DNA of 64,000 nt from Verrucomicrobiota bacterium (GTDB lineage: Bacteria > Verrucomicrobiota > Verrucomicrobiia > Limisphaerales > AAA164-E04): the NCBI GenBank assembly GCA_047947115.1, contig CP170459.1, positions 1,856,001-1,920,000 of the forward strand. The letters are read 5' to 3'. Positions within the stretch are counted from its first letter, which is position 1. Each line of letters begins with the position of its first letter. The notes beneath the pieces were generated by a model. The model saw only the letters and a program-made list of their open reading frames with translations, did not search any database and was not told the origin of the DNA. Positions 10,443 through 20,656 of this stretch are shown here, piece by piece. The translations under genes were made by a program, and so were the position numbers.

Positions 10443-11474
10443 ATGTCTGAGTTAGACTGCAAAAGAGGTGAGCGCTTCGCTTCCATGTTGTTGGGAACCT
10501 TCATCGGGGATGCGCATGCGATGCCTGCCCATTGGTATTATGATCGCAATGCTCTGCGGCAGGATTATGGATGGATAACTGATTTCCTCGCACCCCGAAA
10601 TCCCCATCCAGACAGCATTCTTTGGCGCAGTCATTACAAGCCTCTGAATGCAAAGGGAGACATCCTCCACCAGGAATCAGTTTATTGGGGAAAAAGAGGG
10701 GTACATTACCACCAACACCTCGAACCAGGAGAAAACACTCTCAGTCTTCAATTGGCTTGTCTTTTACTGGAAACCTTGAAGCAGTCAGGAAAATATGACG
10801 CGGATGCATACCTGATGCGCTACCGAGATTACATGCTCACACCAGGTAATCATCGTGATACTTACATAGAAGAATGTCATCGTCAGTTTTTTACCAATTA
10901 CGCGAGAGGTAAGAAATTAAGGTCCTGTGGTGGACCCGATAATCACATCGGAGGTCTCGCTTCCGCAGCTATTTTGCTGGTTGGAGGGAATCAGGATCTT
11001 GAAACCGCCAGAGCTGTCGTGAAAGAACACATCAGGTTGACACATCATCATGCTTATTTGGATCGTGCGGCGGATTCATACATCCAAATATTGTGGCATG
11101 TGCTGAACGGACAAGACTTGAGAAATGCCATAGAAGCGCATGCCAAAGAATTTTTTTCAAAACGAAAAGCTCAAACTTGGGAAGCTACTGAGGATGGAGA
11201 GGTAGTTGATCATCATTTCAGTTCAGCTTGTTACATCGATAAAGCCTTTCCAGCTTCTTTGTATTTGGCATGGAAATACGCTGACTCTTTTCGCGAAGGC
11301 ATCATCGCAAACACAAACATAGGCGGCGATAATTGCCACCGTGGAGCAGTAGTAGGAGCCCTCTTGGGAGCAGCTGCAGGTTTGAACAAGATTCCTGAGC
11401 AGTGGATAAATCGCCTTAAATTGAGCCCACGCCTGACAGATCTTCAGGGCCAGAAACGATACTCCAGCACATGA
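10443..11474 (+). CDS. ADP-ribosylglycohydrolase-family protein, copy 1
   Basis: G.FIGDA.AMP.HW, LTH and N.GGDNCHRGAVVGALLGAAAG...IP..W; GENT replaces the canonical TDD. Confidence 0.88.
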   Translation: MSELDCKRGERFASMLLGTFIGDAHAMPAHWYYDRNALRQDYGWITDFLAPRNPHPDSILWRSHYKPLNAKGDILHQESVYWGKRGVHYHQHLEPGENTLSLQLACLLLETLKQSGKYDADAYLMRYRDYMLTPGNHRDTYIEECHRQFFTNYARGKKLRSCGGPDNHIGGLASAAILLVGGNQDLETARAVVKEHIRLTHHHAYLDRAADSYIQILWHVLNGQDLRNAIEAHAKEFFSKRKAQTWEATEDGEVVDHHFSSACYIDKAFPASLYLAWKYADSFREGIIANTNIGGDNCHRGAVVGALLGAAAGLNKIPEQWINRLKLSPRLTDLQGQKRYSST

Positions 11475-12739
11475 AGCGAACGCTCTGCTGGAAGGTTGCT
11501 AAAAAAATAGGGAAACTGTCGCCTATCATTTTCAGAACCATCTTGGAAACAACTCAAATGCAATCGAATCATTCTAACAATGTAAAGCCGACCAGCTTTT
11601 TGCCCGAAGATCGAAAAGCGGCTGCGTTCCCCCCAACTTATCCCACCGCAAGATTGTTATCAGGTATTTCAGCAGTGGGGGTAATGAACCTCCTTTGCCT
11701 AGCCCTGTTAGCCACGGGGGTCTTCCACACTTTGATCCCAATGGTCTCCGACAACGCATTGACAGATTTACTTGTTGTTTTGGCCTTCGTTCTTGCATAT
11801 GCGATGATCATGTCGCCCTTGGATTTTATCACCGGTCATTGGATTCCCGGGCAATATGGCCGTCCAGTCACCCTGAAACTAAGAACCTATTTGAAGGGAA
11901 GCCTCCTGCACTGCCTCGTGCTGGGTAGTTCCATTTTAATTTTGCATGGAGCCGGTCAAATTGGAGGACTGTCCTTAGCTGCCCTGTTGCTGATCTTAAT
12001 CTTCATCTTTGCGATTCGTTTTCAACTGCATACCGCAATTTGTGTCGGAGTCCTCCAGAAGATGGATGGTCCTTGTCATATTCTTCCAGACTTGGAGGCG
12101 ATTTGGGTTGAAAGCAAAGATCCCTGTTTTTCGGGAGGCATTGTGGGATTGCCGGGACGAGAGCAAATCATCTTGCCGTCCAAATGGTATCATGCTTATG
12201 GTGCCGACTTCATGAGGTATCTTCACATGCGTCGCCAAAAGGCCACACACTCAGGTTGGCGCAGTCGAGGGATGATATTTGCTGGTGCTTGGGTGTTGAT
12301 GAGTTTCCTCCTTTCGGCTTACTTGGTTGGCTTTCCAGAGGGCGGGCTGATTTCCACATTGCATCTCAGTTTACTATCGTCTGTCTTTCATTTCCTGGGG
12401 CTCCTAATACTTCCCACACCCAGCCGACGTGCGACATTGGCCATCGATCACTGGATGCAACAAAGCATCGGCTCTGAACATGCTTTTAAAGATTGGATTC
12501 AGAAATTTTCCAACATGACAGATGGAGAGGTTCAGCGTGGTCGATGGATTGAAAGAATTTTCCATCCTATCCCAGCAGTGCAAAACCGACTTCATCAATA
12601 CCGATCAACTCATTTGATCGGGTGGAATTCAAATCGAATGATGCTTTACTTTTCGATTTTTTCAGGAGGTCTCATGTCTCGAGCGGTTCACTGTAACATC
12701 GGCAAGCCCGAACTGTGGATAATGGCACCAGCTGATTAA
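11471..12739 (+). CDS. Hypothetical multi-pass membrane protein
   Basis: ATGA overlap with upstream gene; several hydrophobic helices; conserved-looking FSGGIVGLPG and SRAVHCNIG.PELW. Confidence 0.75.
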   Translation: MKRTLCWKVAKKIGKLSPIIFRTILETTQMQSNHSNNVKPTSFLPEDRKAAAFPPTYPTARLLSGISAVGVMNLLCLALLATGVFHTLIPMVSDNALTDLLVVLAFVLAYAMIMSPLDFITGHWIPGQYGRPVTLKLRTYLKGSLLHCLVLGSSILILHGAGQIGGLSLAALLLILIFIFAIRFQLHTAICVGVLQKMDGPCHILPDLEAIWVESKDPCFSGGIVGLPGREQIILPSKWYHAYGADFMRYLHMRRQKATHSGWRSRGMIFAGAWVLMSFLLSAYLVGFPEGGLISTLHLSLLSSVFHFLGLLILPTPSRRATLAIDHWMQQSIGSEHAFKDWIQKFSNMTDGEVQRGRWIERIFHPIPAVQNRLHQYRSTHLIGWNSNRMMLYFSIFSGGLMSRAVHCNIGKPELWIMAPAD

Positions 12740-12853
12740 CCTCCATTCTGAGAAATACCTCTTTTCATCCATTTTGTCTCAGCTTTTGGTTATCATGCCT
12801 GCCAACCTCAAACATTCCCACTAACTCGATCTTACTCTATCATTCCTGCCAGC

Positions 12854-13912
12854 ATGTATCTTCTATCTGCATCTCACGCCGTACCTGAACGATCTTACAC
12901 ACAGGGGGATTGCTTGAAGGCATTTCAAGCGTCCACTCACTACGATCAACTATCGCGCAGTTCACAGACGCTTCTGAAAAAAGTCCTTGCGGCAGACAAT
13001 GGTATACGTACTCGTAGACTAGCCCTCTCATCCATCGAGGATGCCTTTGTTTTGAATCCGGATGTCCTTCACCAAAGATTTGTGCAATACGCTCCCAGGC
13101 TTGCCTCCGATTCGATTCTAAAAGCCATTGAGCAAGCTGGACTGCATACGGGTGATATAGATGGTTTGATCGTGAGTACTTGCACCGGATATTTGTGTCC
13201 AGGGCTGACCAGTTACATCAGTGAAAGGACCGGTATCAGGCGAAACGCCATTATGCTTGATCTGGTCGGTCACGGATGTGGTGCTGCCATACCTAACCTA
13301 CGAACGGCGCATGCTCTGATCAAATCAGGACAGGCAGCCAAAGTTGTTTCGGTTTGTGTTGAAGTCTGTAGTGCCGCATTCTACATAGACAATGATCCAG
13401 GTGTACTGATAAGTGCCTGCTTGTTCGGGGATGGGGCAGGGGCGGTTGTTTGTTCTGATGCCCCCGCGGGAGATCGGCGTCTTGTGGAGTGGGTTGATGC
13501 CTCCTCATTCCTCAGAACAGAGAAACGTGACAGTTTACGATTTGAGCATCGAAATGGAATGTTAAGAAACATTCTTTCTTCGGAGACTCCAGTTATTGCT
13601 GCTGAAAGTGCACAATATGATCTCGAGCACATGTTGGAAAAAGCAGGTCTGGAAAAGGGAATGATACAGGCTTGGATCACTCATGCAGGCGGTAAACGTG
13701 TGCTGGAAGCCTTGACGGATCGAATGGGCTTGAAGGATGCCGATCTTTCAATAAGCCGGACATTGCTGAGAGACTATGGCAATATCAGCAGTCCATTTGT
13801 GCTCCTTGCGCTGGAGCATCACCTTCAACTTCCTTCCCCCTCCGGTTTCTGGTGGATGAATTCATTTGGGGCGGGATTCAGCAGCCATGGTATCTTACTC
13901 AAAGCATATTAA
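12854..13912 (+). CDS. Type III polyketide synthase (chalcone/stilbene synthase-like)
   Basis: Catalytic triad motifs GHGC, HAGG and GNISS; VEVCS, LFGDGAGA and FGAGF. Confidence 0.95.
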   Translation: MYLLSASHAVPERSYTQGDCLKAFQASTHYDQLSRSSQTLLKKVLAADNGIRTRRLALSSIEDAFVLNPDVLHQRFVQYAPRLASDSILKAIEQAGLHTGDIDGLIVSTCTGYLCPGLTSYISERTGIRRNAIMLDLVGHGCGAAIPNLRTAHALIKSGQAAKVVSVCVEVCSAAFYIDNDPGVLISACLFGDGAGAVVCSDAPAGDRRLVEWVDASSFLRTEKRDSLRFEHRNGMLRNILSSETPVIAAESAQYDLEHMLEKAGLEKGMIQAWITHAGGKRVLEALTDRMGLKDADLSISRTLLRDYGNISSPFVLLALEHHLQLPSPSGFWWMNSFGAGFSSHGILLKAY

Positions 13913-14624
13913 ACCATTTTTCAGTCCGATACCTCGAAAGGTAGAGCCTGAAATACTCGATGAATTATCGCCACTGGATGAAGGTGCGAAACAATCGCGC
14001 AAGGATCTGGTATTGATCAATAAGATAATGGGGCATGCCCGATTGTTGAGCAATGCACTCTCCGAAGTAATGCAAAAGCGAGGTCCCATTCGAATTGCCG
14101 AAATGGGTGCGGGTGATGGAATTCTCGCAACAAGAATTTTCAAAACGTTTGGGCAAGTAAATGCCGGGAGCACACTGCATTTCATAGATCGTAGCCAGAC
14201 ACTTGCGAAGGAAGCAAGACAGCCGCTCGAGCGACAAGGGTGGCAAGTGGTCGAACATGTGCGAGATATTCAAGATTGGCTTGATGAATCCACGGAGTTG
14301 TTGGATGCCTGCTATGCGAATCTTTTTTTACATCATTTTGATGATGCATCATTAAAGCACTTGATGCATCCACTTATGCGTCGGACTCGCCAGTTTGTGT
14401 GTTGTGAACCGCGTCGTCATCGTATGGGATTACTCGGTGCGGCCGGTTTACGGCTGCTTGGTTGTCATGACGTGACTCTGCATGACGCTTATGTGAGTGT
14501 GAAAGCCGGATTTCGAGCAACCGAATTGTCCTCCATTTGGAATTCCGGGGCCAAAGAACAATGGATACTTTCCGAACGTTCTTCCGGCTTATTCTCTCAC
14601 TTTTTTAAAGCCAGTGCTCCATGA
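13887..14624 (+). CDS. SAM-dependent methyltransferase
   Basis: EILD N-terminal motif, EMGAGDG motif I, NLFLHHF, HDAYVSV.AGF; start uncertain. Confidence 0.88.
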   Translation: MVSYSKHIKPFFSPIPRKVEPEILDELSPLDEGAKQSRKDLVLINKIMGHARLLSNALSEVMQKRGPIRIAEMGAGDGILATRIFKTFGQVNAGSTLHFIDRSQTLAKEARQPLERQGWQVVEHVRDIQDWLDESTELLDACYANLFLHHFDDASLKHLMHPLMRRTRQFVCCEPRRHRMGLLGAAGLRLLGCHDVTLHDAYVSVKAGFRATELSSIWNSGAKEQWILSERSSGLFSHFFKASAP

Positions 14625-15667
14625 AATGTCGCAAAATCCACATCATTGGAGGTGGGGTCAGTGGTTTGGCACTTGGGATCAAGCTTCAGCAAATAGGAGT
14701 TGATTCACTCATATCGGAGGCTGGAACGTATCCTCGGCATCGTGTCTGTGGCGAGTTCCTCAGCGGTAAGGGAATTCAGTTACTTCACCTCCTTGGCTTA
14801 TACGACCCATTCATGACGGAAGGGGCAGTCCTCGCACACACGATTAAATGTTATACAAGCGAATCAGAATCTCCAATCTTGCCTCTTAATGAGCCTGCTC
14901 TATGCCTTTCCCGATACTCAATGGACGAGATAATGGCATCTCGTTATCGAGCGCTTGGCGGTGAGTTGAAACTCAAGCAAAGATGCCCCATGCGACTACA
15001 TACCAGAGAAACGGGCACTGTTTTTGCAACGGGTAGACTTCCAAACTTGAAACGTGAAACGGCACTTCTCGGATATAAATGGCACGTCGAAAACTTAACA
15101 CTTGAAGCGGACTTGGAGATGCATTTCACACCTCTAGGTTACGTTGGTCTATGTCGTGTGGAGCATAACAAGGTCAACATCTGTGGGTTAACGAAAGTTA
15201 AAGGCACGTCGATGAACATCAAGAAGGAGTGGAGACATTTCTTGAACCAAAACCTTCATCATAGAAGGCGAGAAGCTGTCATGAACTCAGAAATTGTTCC
15301 GACCAGTGTTTGCTTCACTTCAGGCTTGAGTTATCCGATCACCACTCCGCGCATTGCTGACGGAGCTATACAAATTGGAGATCTGGGCGCCTGCATACCT
15401 CCCTTAACGGGCAACGGCATGTCTATGGCTATGGAGTCGGCTATGATGAGTGCACAGATTCTCAAAAGCTATCATGAGGGAAGCACTAATTGGCAGAATG
15501 CCGTTTTCACTATCCAAAGACAATCCCAGAAACATTTTCGAAGACGACTTATTTGTGCCAACCCGATGCATCATTTACTCATGTCAAGCCGTCTGCATGG
15601 TTTGCGTAGGTGGTTGGTGGAACATTTGCCTTATTATCATCAACCTCTATTCTCACTAACACGCTAA
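14621..15667 (+). CDS. FAD-dependent oxidoreductase/monooxygenase
   Basis: GGGVSG dinucleotide motif, YPRHRVCGEF and IGD....PPLTGNGMSMA; ATGA overlap with the methyltransferase. Confidence 0.88.
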   Translation: MKCRKIHIIGGGVSGLALGIKLQQIGVDSLISEAGTYPRHRVCGEFLSGKGIQLLHLLGLYDPFMTEGAVLAHTIKCYTSESESPILPLNEPALCLSRYSMDEIMASRYRALGGELKLKQRCPMRLHTRETGTVFATGRLPNLKRETALLGYKWHVENLTLEADLEMHFTPLGYVGLCRVEHNKVNICGLTKVKGTSMNIKKEWRHFLNQNLHHRRREAVMNSEIVPTSVCFTSGLSYPITTPRIADGAIQIGDLGACIPPLTGNGMSMAMESAMMSAQILKSYHEGSTNWQNAVFTIQRQSQKHFRRRLICANPMHHLLMSSRLHGLRRWLVEHLPYYHQPLFSLTR

Positions 15668-15985
15668 CGCGCCTTGGTAATCGACATTGAACTGGCGGAT
15701 AACTGATAGCGGAAAATTTCCGGTGCTTCCGTCATCAACTGTTAATTTGGGGAACGTTGCCCGAGAATCCTGGTTGTGAAGGGCGGCCGAAAAGTGCAGC
15801 GGGGGGCAGTTGAAAAGTGCGGCACTTGATTGTTGTTTAGTTCCATTGGTGGTTGGGGTCAAGATTTCAGTAGGGCTACGTTCGGCTGAGGTTCGCAGGG
15901 ATTGACGGAGCCGGAGCGTAGCGGAGGCGGAGGAAAGCCCTGCGGGGCGCCCCCCCCATCTCTACCATTCGTTCCTGATTGGGAT

Positions 15986-16750
15986 TCATGATTTCCTATT
16001 CTTTCGTTTCTTGGAGTCCTTCAGGCGATAACTCTCCCCATTGGCTTCAAGGATATGAACGCGATGTGTCAGGAGATCAAGCATGGCTCCCGTGAGGCGT
16101 TCGCTTCCCATGACTTCTGTCCATTGTTCAAAGGGCAAATTGGTCGTTACTACCAGACTTGTTCGTTCGTAGGCCCGACTGACAACATCAAATAGCAGTT
16201 CGGCTCCTGTTTTTGAAAACGGGACGTATCCCAGTTCATCTAAAATGATCAAGTGGTGACGCTCCAACTGCTTTTTGAAACGCTGCAAAGTTCGTTCCTC
16301 TCGATGTTCCAGAAGCGTCGTCACCAGTCCGGCAACACTGAAAAACTTTACCTTGAGTCCCTGCATGCAGGCAGCGTGTCCCAATGCTGTCGCCAAGTGG
16401 GATTTTCCTGTGCCAGGATTGCCCACCAATAGGACATTTTCTTTACGTTGCACAAACTCACCCCTTATCAACTCTCGGACACTGGCTTCATTGATTGAGG
16501 GCTGCATCGTAAAATCAAAGCTGTCCAGGGTCTTTAAAATCGGGAACATCGCTTGCCGGATACGTCTTTCAGAAGCACGTTGCTCACGTTCGATCAATTC
16601 ACGTTCGGTTAATCGCAACAAAAACTCGGCATATCCACTACGTTCCTTCGCGCACAACTGAGCCATCGATTCATATTCCCTTAAAATCGTTGGCAGTTTG
16701 AGCGCCTTGAGATGGTGAGCGAGCAGAACATTTGGTACATCCTTGTTCAT
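15986..16750 (-). CDS. istB: IS21 helper ATPase IstB
   Basis: Walker A GNPGTGKS, Walker B IILDELGY, TTNLPF..W; the usual LDRL reads LDLL. Confidence 0.93.
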   Translation of the reverse strand: MNKDVPNVLLAHHLKALKLPTILREYESMAQLCAKERSGYAEFLLRLTERELIEREQRASERRIRQAMFPILKTLDSFDFTMQPSINEASVRELIRGEFVQRKENVLLVGNPGTGKSHLATALGHAACMQGLKVKFFSVAGLVTTLLEHREERTLQRFKKQLERHHLIILDELGYVPFSKTGAELLFDVVSRAYERTSLVVTTNLPFEQWTEVMGSERLTGAMLDLLTHRVHILEANGESYRLKDSKKRKNRKS

Positions 16751-18244
16751 CGTTCACCTCCCACCAATTGGGCATACTCACTCAAGTCCGGTGCTTTGAC
16801 CCAAACATGTTTCAAATGAGGATGCCCATCCAGGTTGAAGGTTTGTTCACACCATGTCTCTTGAGGATAAAAAATGAGCCACCGCATCTCGGGTGATAGC
16901 TCCATACTCCAGAGCCTTGGATAATGCGCGCACCAACGCTGGCATGGAATGCTTCTCCAGTAAGCGAAGGATTTTGATATACTCTCGAACACCTTCACCC
17001 CCGTATTGGTTTTCCAGGCGTTTTCGCAGAGTGGTGAACGTTTCCGGTAGTTCCCATTTATCCAGCGGTAACGCGTGATCTAATGCACCAGGTTTACGTT
17101 CCAACAACGCCAAGTAATGCACTGGTTCAAACTTAACTTTTTCCTTGTCCCAAATCCGCGAATGACGAGCAACTTCTTGTCCTTGTGCATAAAGGAATAC
17201 TTCCCAGCAAAATCCTTTGGCAACGATGGGATGATGCGCCCAGCAGACCGGAACAGAATAATCATTGCAATCAAAACGCACCAAAGACAGGGAATTAGCT
17301 GTGGTAGACACTTTTCGAGCTGCTTCAAATGGGCTGGCAGGCAATGGAATCATGGCTGCCTGATCTTCAGTTAGGAGAACCTCTTTAGAATCGGATTTAC
17401 CCCTGAGTCGACGTTTAAGTTCTTCCTGACATTGTTGCCTGAGTTGTGCATTGAGCTCTTCAAAATCCCGCACTTGAGGCACTGGAACCATGAAGTTGAG
17501 TCGAGTGTATTTGACCAATCCTTCCACCACACCTTTTTCATTACCACGAGCCGGAAGGCAAAAGTGATGATCAAAAAGATAATGGCTTTTGAGTTGGAGA
17601 AAACCATGTGTCAGACGCCGTTGTCTCGATCCGATAATCTTGGATACAGCAATCCTGGTGTTGTCGTAGGTGATGCGTTTGGGAACACCGTTGAAAAACT
17701 CGAAAGCTTGAACATGCCCTTCTTGGAATGTCTCTGTGTTCTCACGCTCAAAGGCCATTACAAAAACGGCGTCACTGTGAGGCAATGACATCACAAAGAA
17801 TGGGATCTTTCGAAGCTGGCCTCCTACGCAAGCAAGAGCATGCCCAAAATCGACCTGAGCCTCTCCAGGAGGATGTTTGAGGGGGATGAAGACTTCCTGA
17901 TTCTTTTGGGTAAGACGTCTTACAGCCTCCCTGACAGTAGAATAGGCCCCTTGATAACCATTTTCATCTCGAAGCCGCTCCCAGATGCGCTTGGCTGTGT
18001 GCCTCTGTTTTTTGTGAATTTTGAGATCATCCTCAAGGATTTGCTTAATCCGGTCCTCAAAAGGACCAATTTTGGGACGTTCACGCGGTTTGGTTAATTG
18101 ATAACCAGGAGGTTCACTATGAGTTAGGATCTTGTTCAGGGTTCGCCAATGCATCCCTGTTTCCCGTAGTATGCTGCGCTTGCTGACTCCATCAACAAGC
18201 ACCCTTCTTCTTATGTTATTCCATTGTTCCATATCGGCATACAT
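16747..18244 (-). pseudogene. istA: IS21 transposase IstA, frameshifted near the 3' end
   Basis: PGEAQVDFG, YDN and NEKG.VE DDE motifs. The ORF stops at 16847, but a natural C-terminus (YPQETW...APDLSEY...) continues in another frame to an ATGA overlap with istB. Confidence 0.8.
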
Positions 18245-18743
18245 GCTCCTTTCTTAGCATGATGCCGCACTTTTCGACTGTCACTTTCCTGACCCCAACC
18301 CGCCGCACTTTTCGACTGGCGCCCACACATATTGTTGCGCAGTGCAGCTGCTTGCACTGAAGGTTGGGGAGTCGCAAACAGGTTAAGTAAGGAAACGTTT
18401 TGCATAAGCAAGGGGCACGCCGTTGATTTCACTGAATTCCATAAACCGATTTCAATCGTGCGGTAGAAAATCAGTTCAAAAATCATGGCATTTAAGGTGG
18501 ATGTCTGATTGCTTTCAGGGCTCATATTTACTTCCTTCCATGTTCAAGAGAAGCTTTTTCTTCTGCCTTTTGCCAAACTCCATGTTTAGGATTACGACTT
18601 GACCTTGTTTGCAGGAAAATAGTTGGAATGCAATGTATTAGCTTTTTGAATTTCCTGCATTATGGCGTTTTCCAGCAGCGCATCGCCACTCATGATTAGC
18701 AAGGGACTCTTGCCGCGGGATAACTGGGGATGGTTATGACGTT

Positions 18744-18848
18744 TGCCAAAAGTAATTTCAGAAAAAACTCTGCGTTACTGCTTCTCTAGCGCAGCGGGCG
18801 TGAGAATAAGAAGCATCAGCGAGCCCTTATGCGCAAATACTTTTGGCA
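18744..18848. repeat. MITE-like dispersed repeat, copy 2, with 11-bp terminal inverted repeats
   Basis: TGCCAAAAGTA ... TACTTTTGGCA; homologous to 4172-4274. Confidence 0.72.
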
Positions 18849-19249
18849 GCACGCAACCATTTGTGATTCATCAGGAGATAATACAATTCCAGAAACAGGG
18901 CTCGTGAAGCTATGGAAATGTTTATCTTCTTGGCCTGACTCAATATCAAATCGAGTGAGTTTTGCATGATTGCTTCCAACATAAAGATGAGTCTTTCGTC
19001 TGCGAACTCTAAAGTCGTTACTAATCGACCAGGTGTCGCCAAGACCTGAATAGGGTGAAGACTCTCCGTATTTAATATCGCGATTCTTGCTGTGTCAAAA
19101 ATCGCCAAAAGGTTGGTCTCTGGATTCACTGAGAACGTTCGAAGATCGGTTGTAAGTGGGATCTCGGTTTCGAGGAATCCTGTCAATAGGTTCCAGGTCC
19201 GAATAGCTTTTTTGAAGTCCTTTAAGGATGGGGTTCCCGTTTCATTAAC

Positions 19250-19450
19250 TGCAGTGTCCCATGGAAATGCCTCTATGGTCTGCTGAGTTGTCCAAGTCTC
19301 ACTCGGATTTTCTGTCACATTAAAATGAACATCTCGACGCCGTTCGTGGATCAGGACAACAAAGACATAGAGCGCGCGGAAGGTGGCTGTAGGAACTGTG
19401 AAGAAGTCGATGGATGCCACCACTTTGGCTTCATTGGTGAGAAAGGCTTC
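19250..19450 (-). pseudogene. Integrase-core (rve) transposase fragment
   Basis: ASIDFFTVPTATFRALYVFVVL.HERRR.VHFNVTENP..WT.QQ..EAFPWDTA embedded in a chimeric ORF (18827-19495). Confidence 0.75.
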
Positions 19451-19511
19451 AGCTTTGTTGAGTTCTTGCTCATGGCGGGCCATTCTTTTAATCATTTGTG
19501 AGTTGGTAAAC

Positions 19512-19793
19512 TCATGTTTCTCGTTCTGAAAGGCGATGCAACTGATCGAGGTTTCTTTCGGCCAAGGCGAGATTCTTTGCCCGGGACCATTTTTTGAGCT
19601 GGCGTTGCCTGAGTATGGCCGACGACCAGTCGGGGTGGGATTCGGAATATATCATGGCTACGGGTTTTGAATCCCGCGTCGTTTTGCATCCTGTGCCGTT
19701 AAAGTGCTCCTGATAGCGTCTTTGCAGATTGTCTGTAGAACCGACGTAGACTTGGTCATTCTGCAATCGAAGCATGTAGGAGAAGAATTCCAT
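19512..19793 (-). CDS. GIY-YIG nuclease family protein (small, YhbQ/UPF0213-like)
   Basis: YML...VYVGST.NL.RR..EH..G.G..TT and A..R.RQLKKWSRAK; the usual RE reads RQ, so possibly inactive. Confidence 0.8.
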   Translation of the reverse strand: MEFFSYMLRLQNDQVYVGSTDNLQRRYQEHFNGTGCKTTRDSKPVAMIYSESHPDWSSAILRQRQLKKWSRAKNLALAERNLDQLHRLSERET

Positions 19794-19867
19794 GAGGTTT
19801 GAAAAATGGTTTTCAATAATGGCCTGCCATGAGCAAGGCGCTGAGCAAAGCGAAGGGCCGAGTCGAA

Positions 19868-19888
19868 TGGCGCCAGTGGTTGGGCTTG
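19868..19888 (-). other. Degenerate tRNA 3'-end fragment (att-like), copy A
   Basis: Reverse complement CAAGCCCAACCACTGGCGCCA; direct repeat of 30858-30879 with 3 mismatches in 21 nt. Confidence 0.55.
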
Positions 19889-20064
19889 TGCGAATTGACT
19901 TCAACATTACCAATAGTTTACAAAAAAAACTCTGGTAATATTCAAGCGTAATCTCCCAATACTAGCGCGTACACCCCCGGTAGTTTTTAAGTTGCTGTTT
20001 TCGTAATGCTGAACGATAGATCTAATATTGATTTAATCCATTTCCAACACTCGCATGCAGAGCA

Positions 20065-20187
20065 GAATGCGTCGTCAGAATTGACTGTCATTCACAGTTG
20101 ATGGCAGAAGCACCACCCTAGAAACCAGCATTTGCTTCATCATTTTAATCTTGGCAGGTTGAGTGCTTTGGTTGGCGTGTTAAGTTC
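20065..20187. repeat. Two-block repeat in order A-B
   Basis: Block A 20065-20115 matches 33750-33800; block B 20119-20187 matches 33672-33742. Confidence 0.8.
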
Positions 20188-20524
20188 AATCTCATGATGC
20201 AAAGCAAGTCTGCTGGCCGCTGGCTCAGCCTTGAGGAGCGTAATTTTGATGCATCTTTAGAAACAGCAATCAACTAAACTCGATGTTATTCGGGCTTCGA
20301 AGTCCGCTCTTTAAATTATTGGCTCACATAAAATGTCTAACTTATGGCTGGTTATGTCTAAAATTTAGAAAAAGTATGTTTTAATGGGTTTTTGCAAAAA
20401 ATTAGTTTTATTGCGCGTTGGAGATCATCATTATTTCACGAAAATTTTATCAATCTCTACCTGGGAGCCATTTTAAGGATACTTCGGCTCAAGAAAGCTG
20501 CGCCAAAAATAAGTAAACAAAACG

Positions 20525-20552
20525 TTGACAAAAAGGCTACACGCAGTAGGTT
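20525..20552 (+). promoter_or_regulatory. Putative sigma70-type promoter
   Basis: TTGACA-16 bp-TAGGTT about 100 bp upstream of the small ORF at 20657. Confidence 0.35.
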
Positions 20553-20656
20553 TCAGTCAACAATGATGTCGCTCATTTAAATGTGGTCAGTATCTAACAC
20601 AGTCTTGAGACGGTTCTCAACTTCATTACCCAGATCAAACAAAACAAGAACGCACC

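Larger units (their letters stand above)
9819..12617. repeat. Segmental duplication, copy 1
   Basis: Direct, highly similar match to 27853-30391, from CATGCT(C/T)CCGGGCTC to TCAACTCATTTGA. Confidence 0.95.
15775..18327 (-). mobile_element. IS21-family insertion sequence (probably defective)
   Basis: TG...CA ends with imperfect IRs (TGTGAAGGGCGGCCGAAAAGTGCAGCG / rc TGTGGGCGCCAGTCGAAAAGTGCGGCG) and repeated GAAAAGTGC sub-terminal motifs; istA-istB inside; no TSD seen. Confidence 0.92.

Noticed and set aside
18827..19495. 222-aa ORF as a functional integrase
   Set aside because: Only about 60 residues resemble an rve core; the remainder is unrelated and ends inside the MITE-like repeat.
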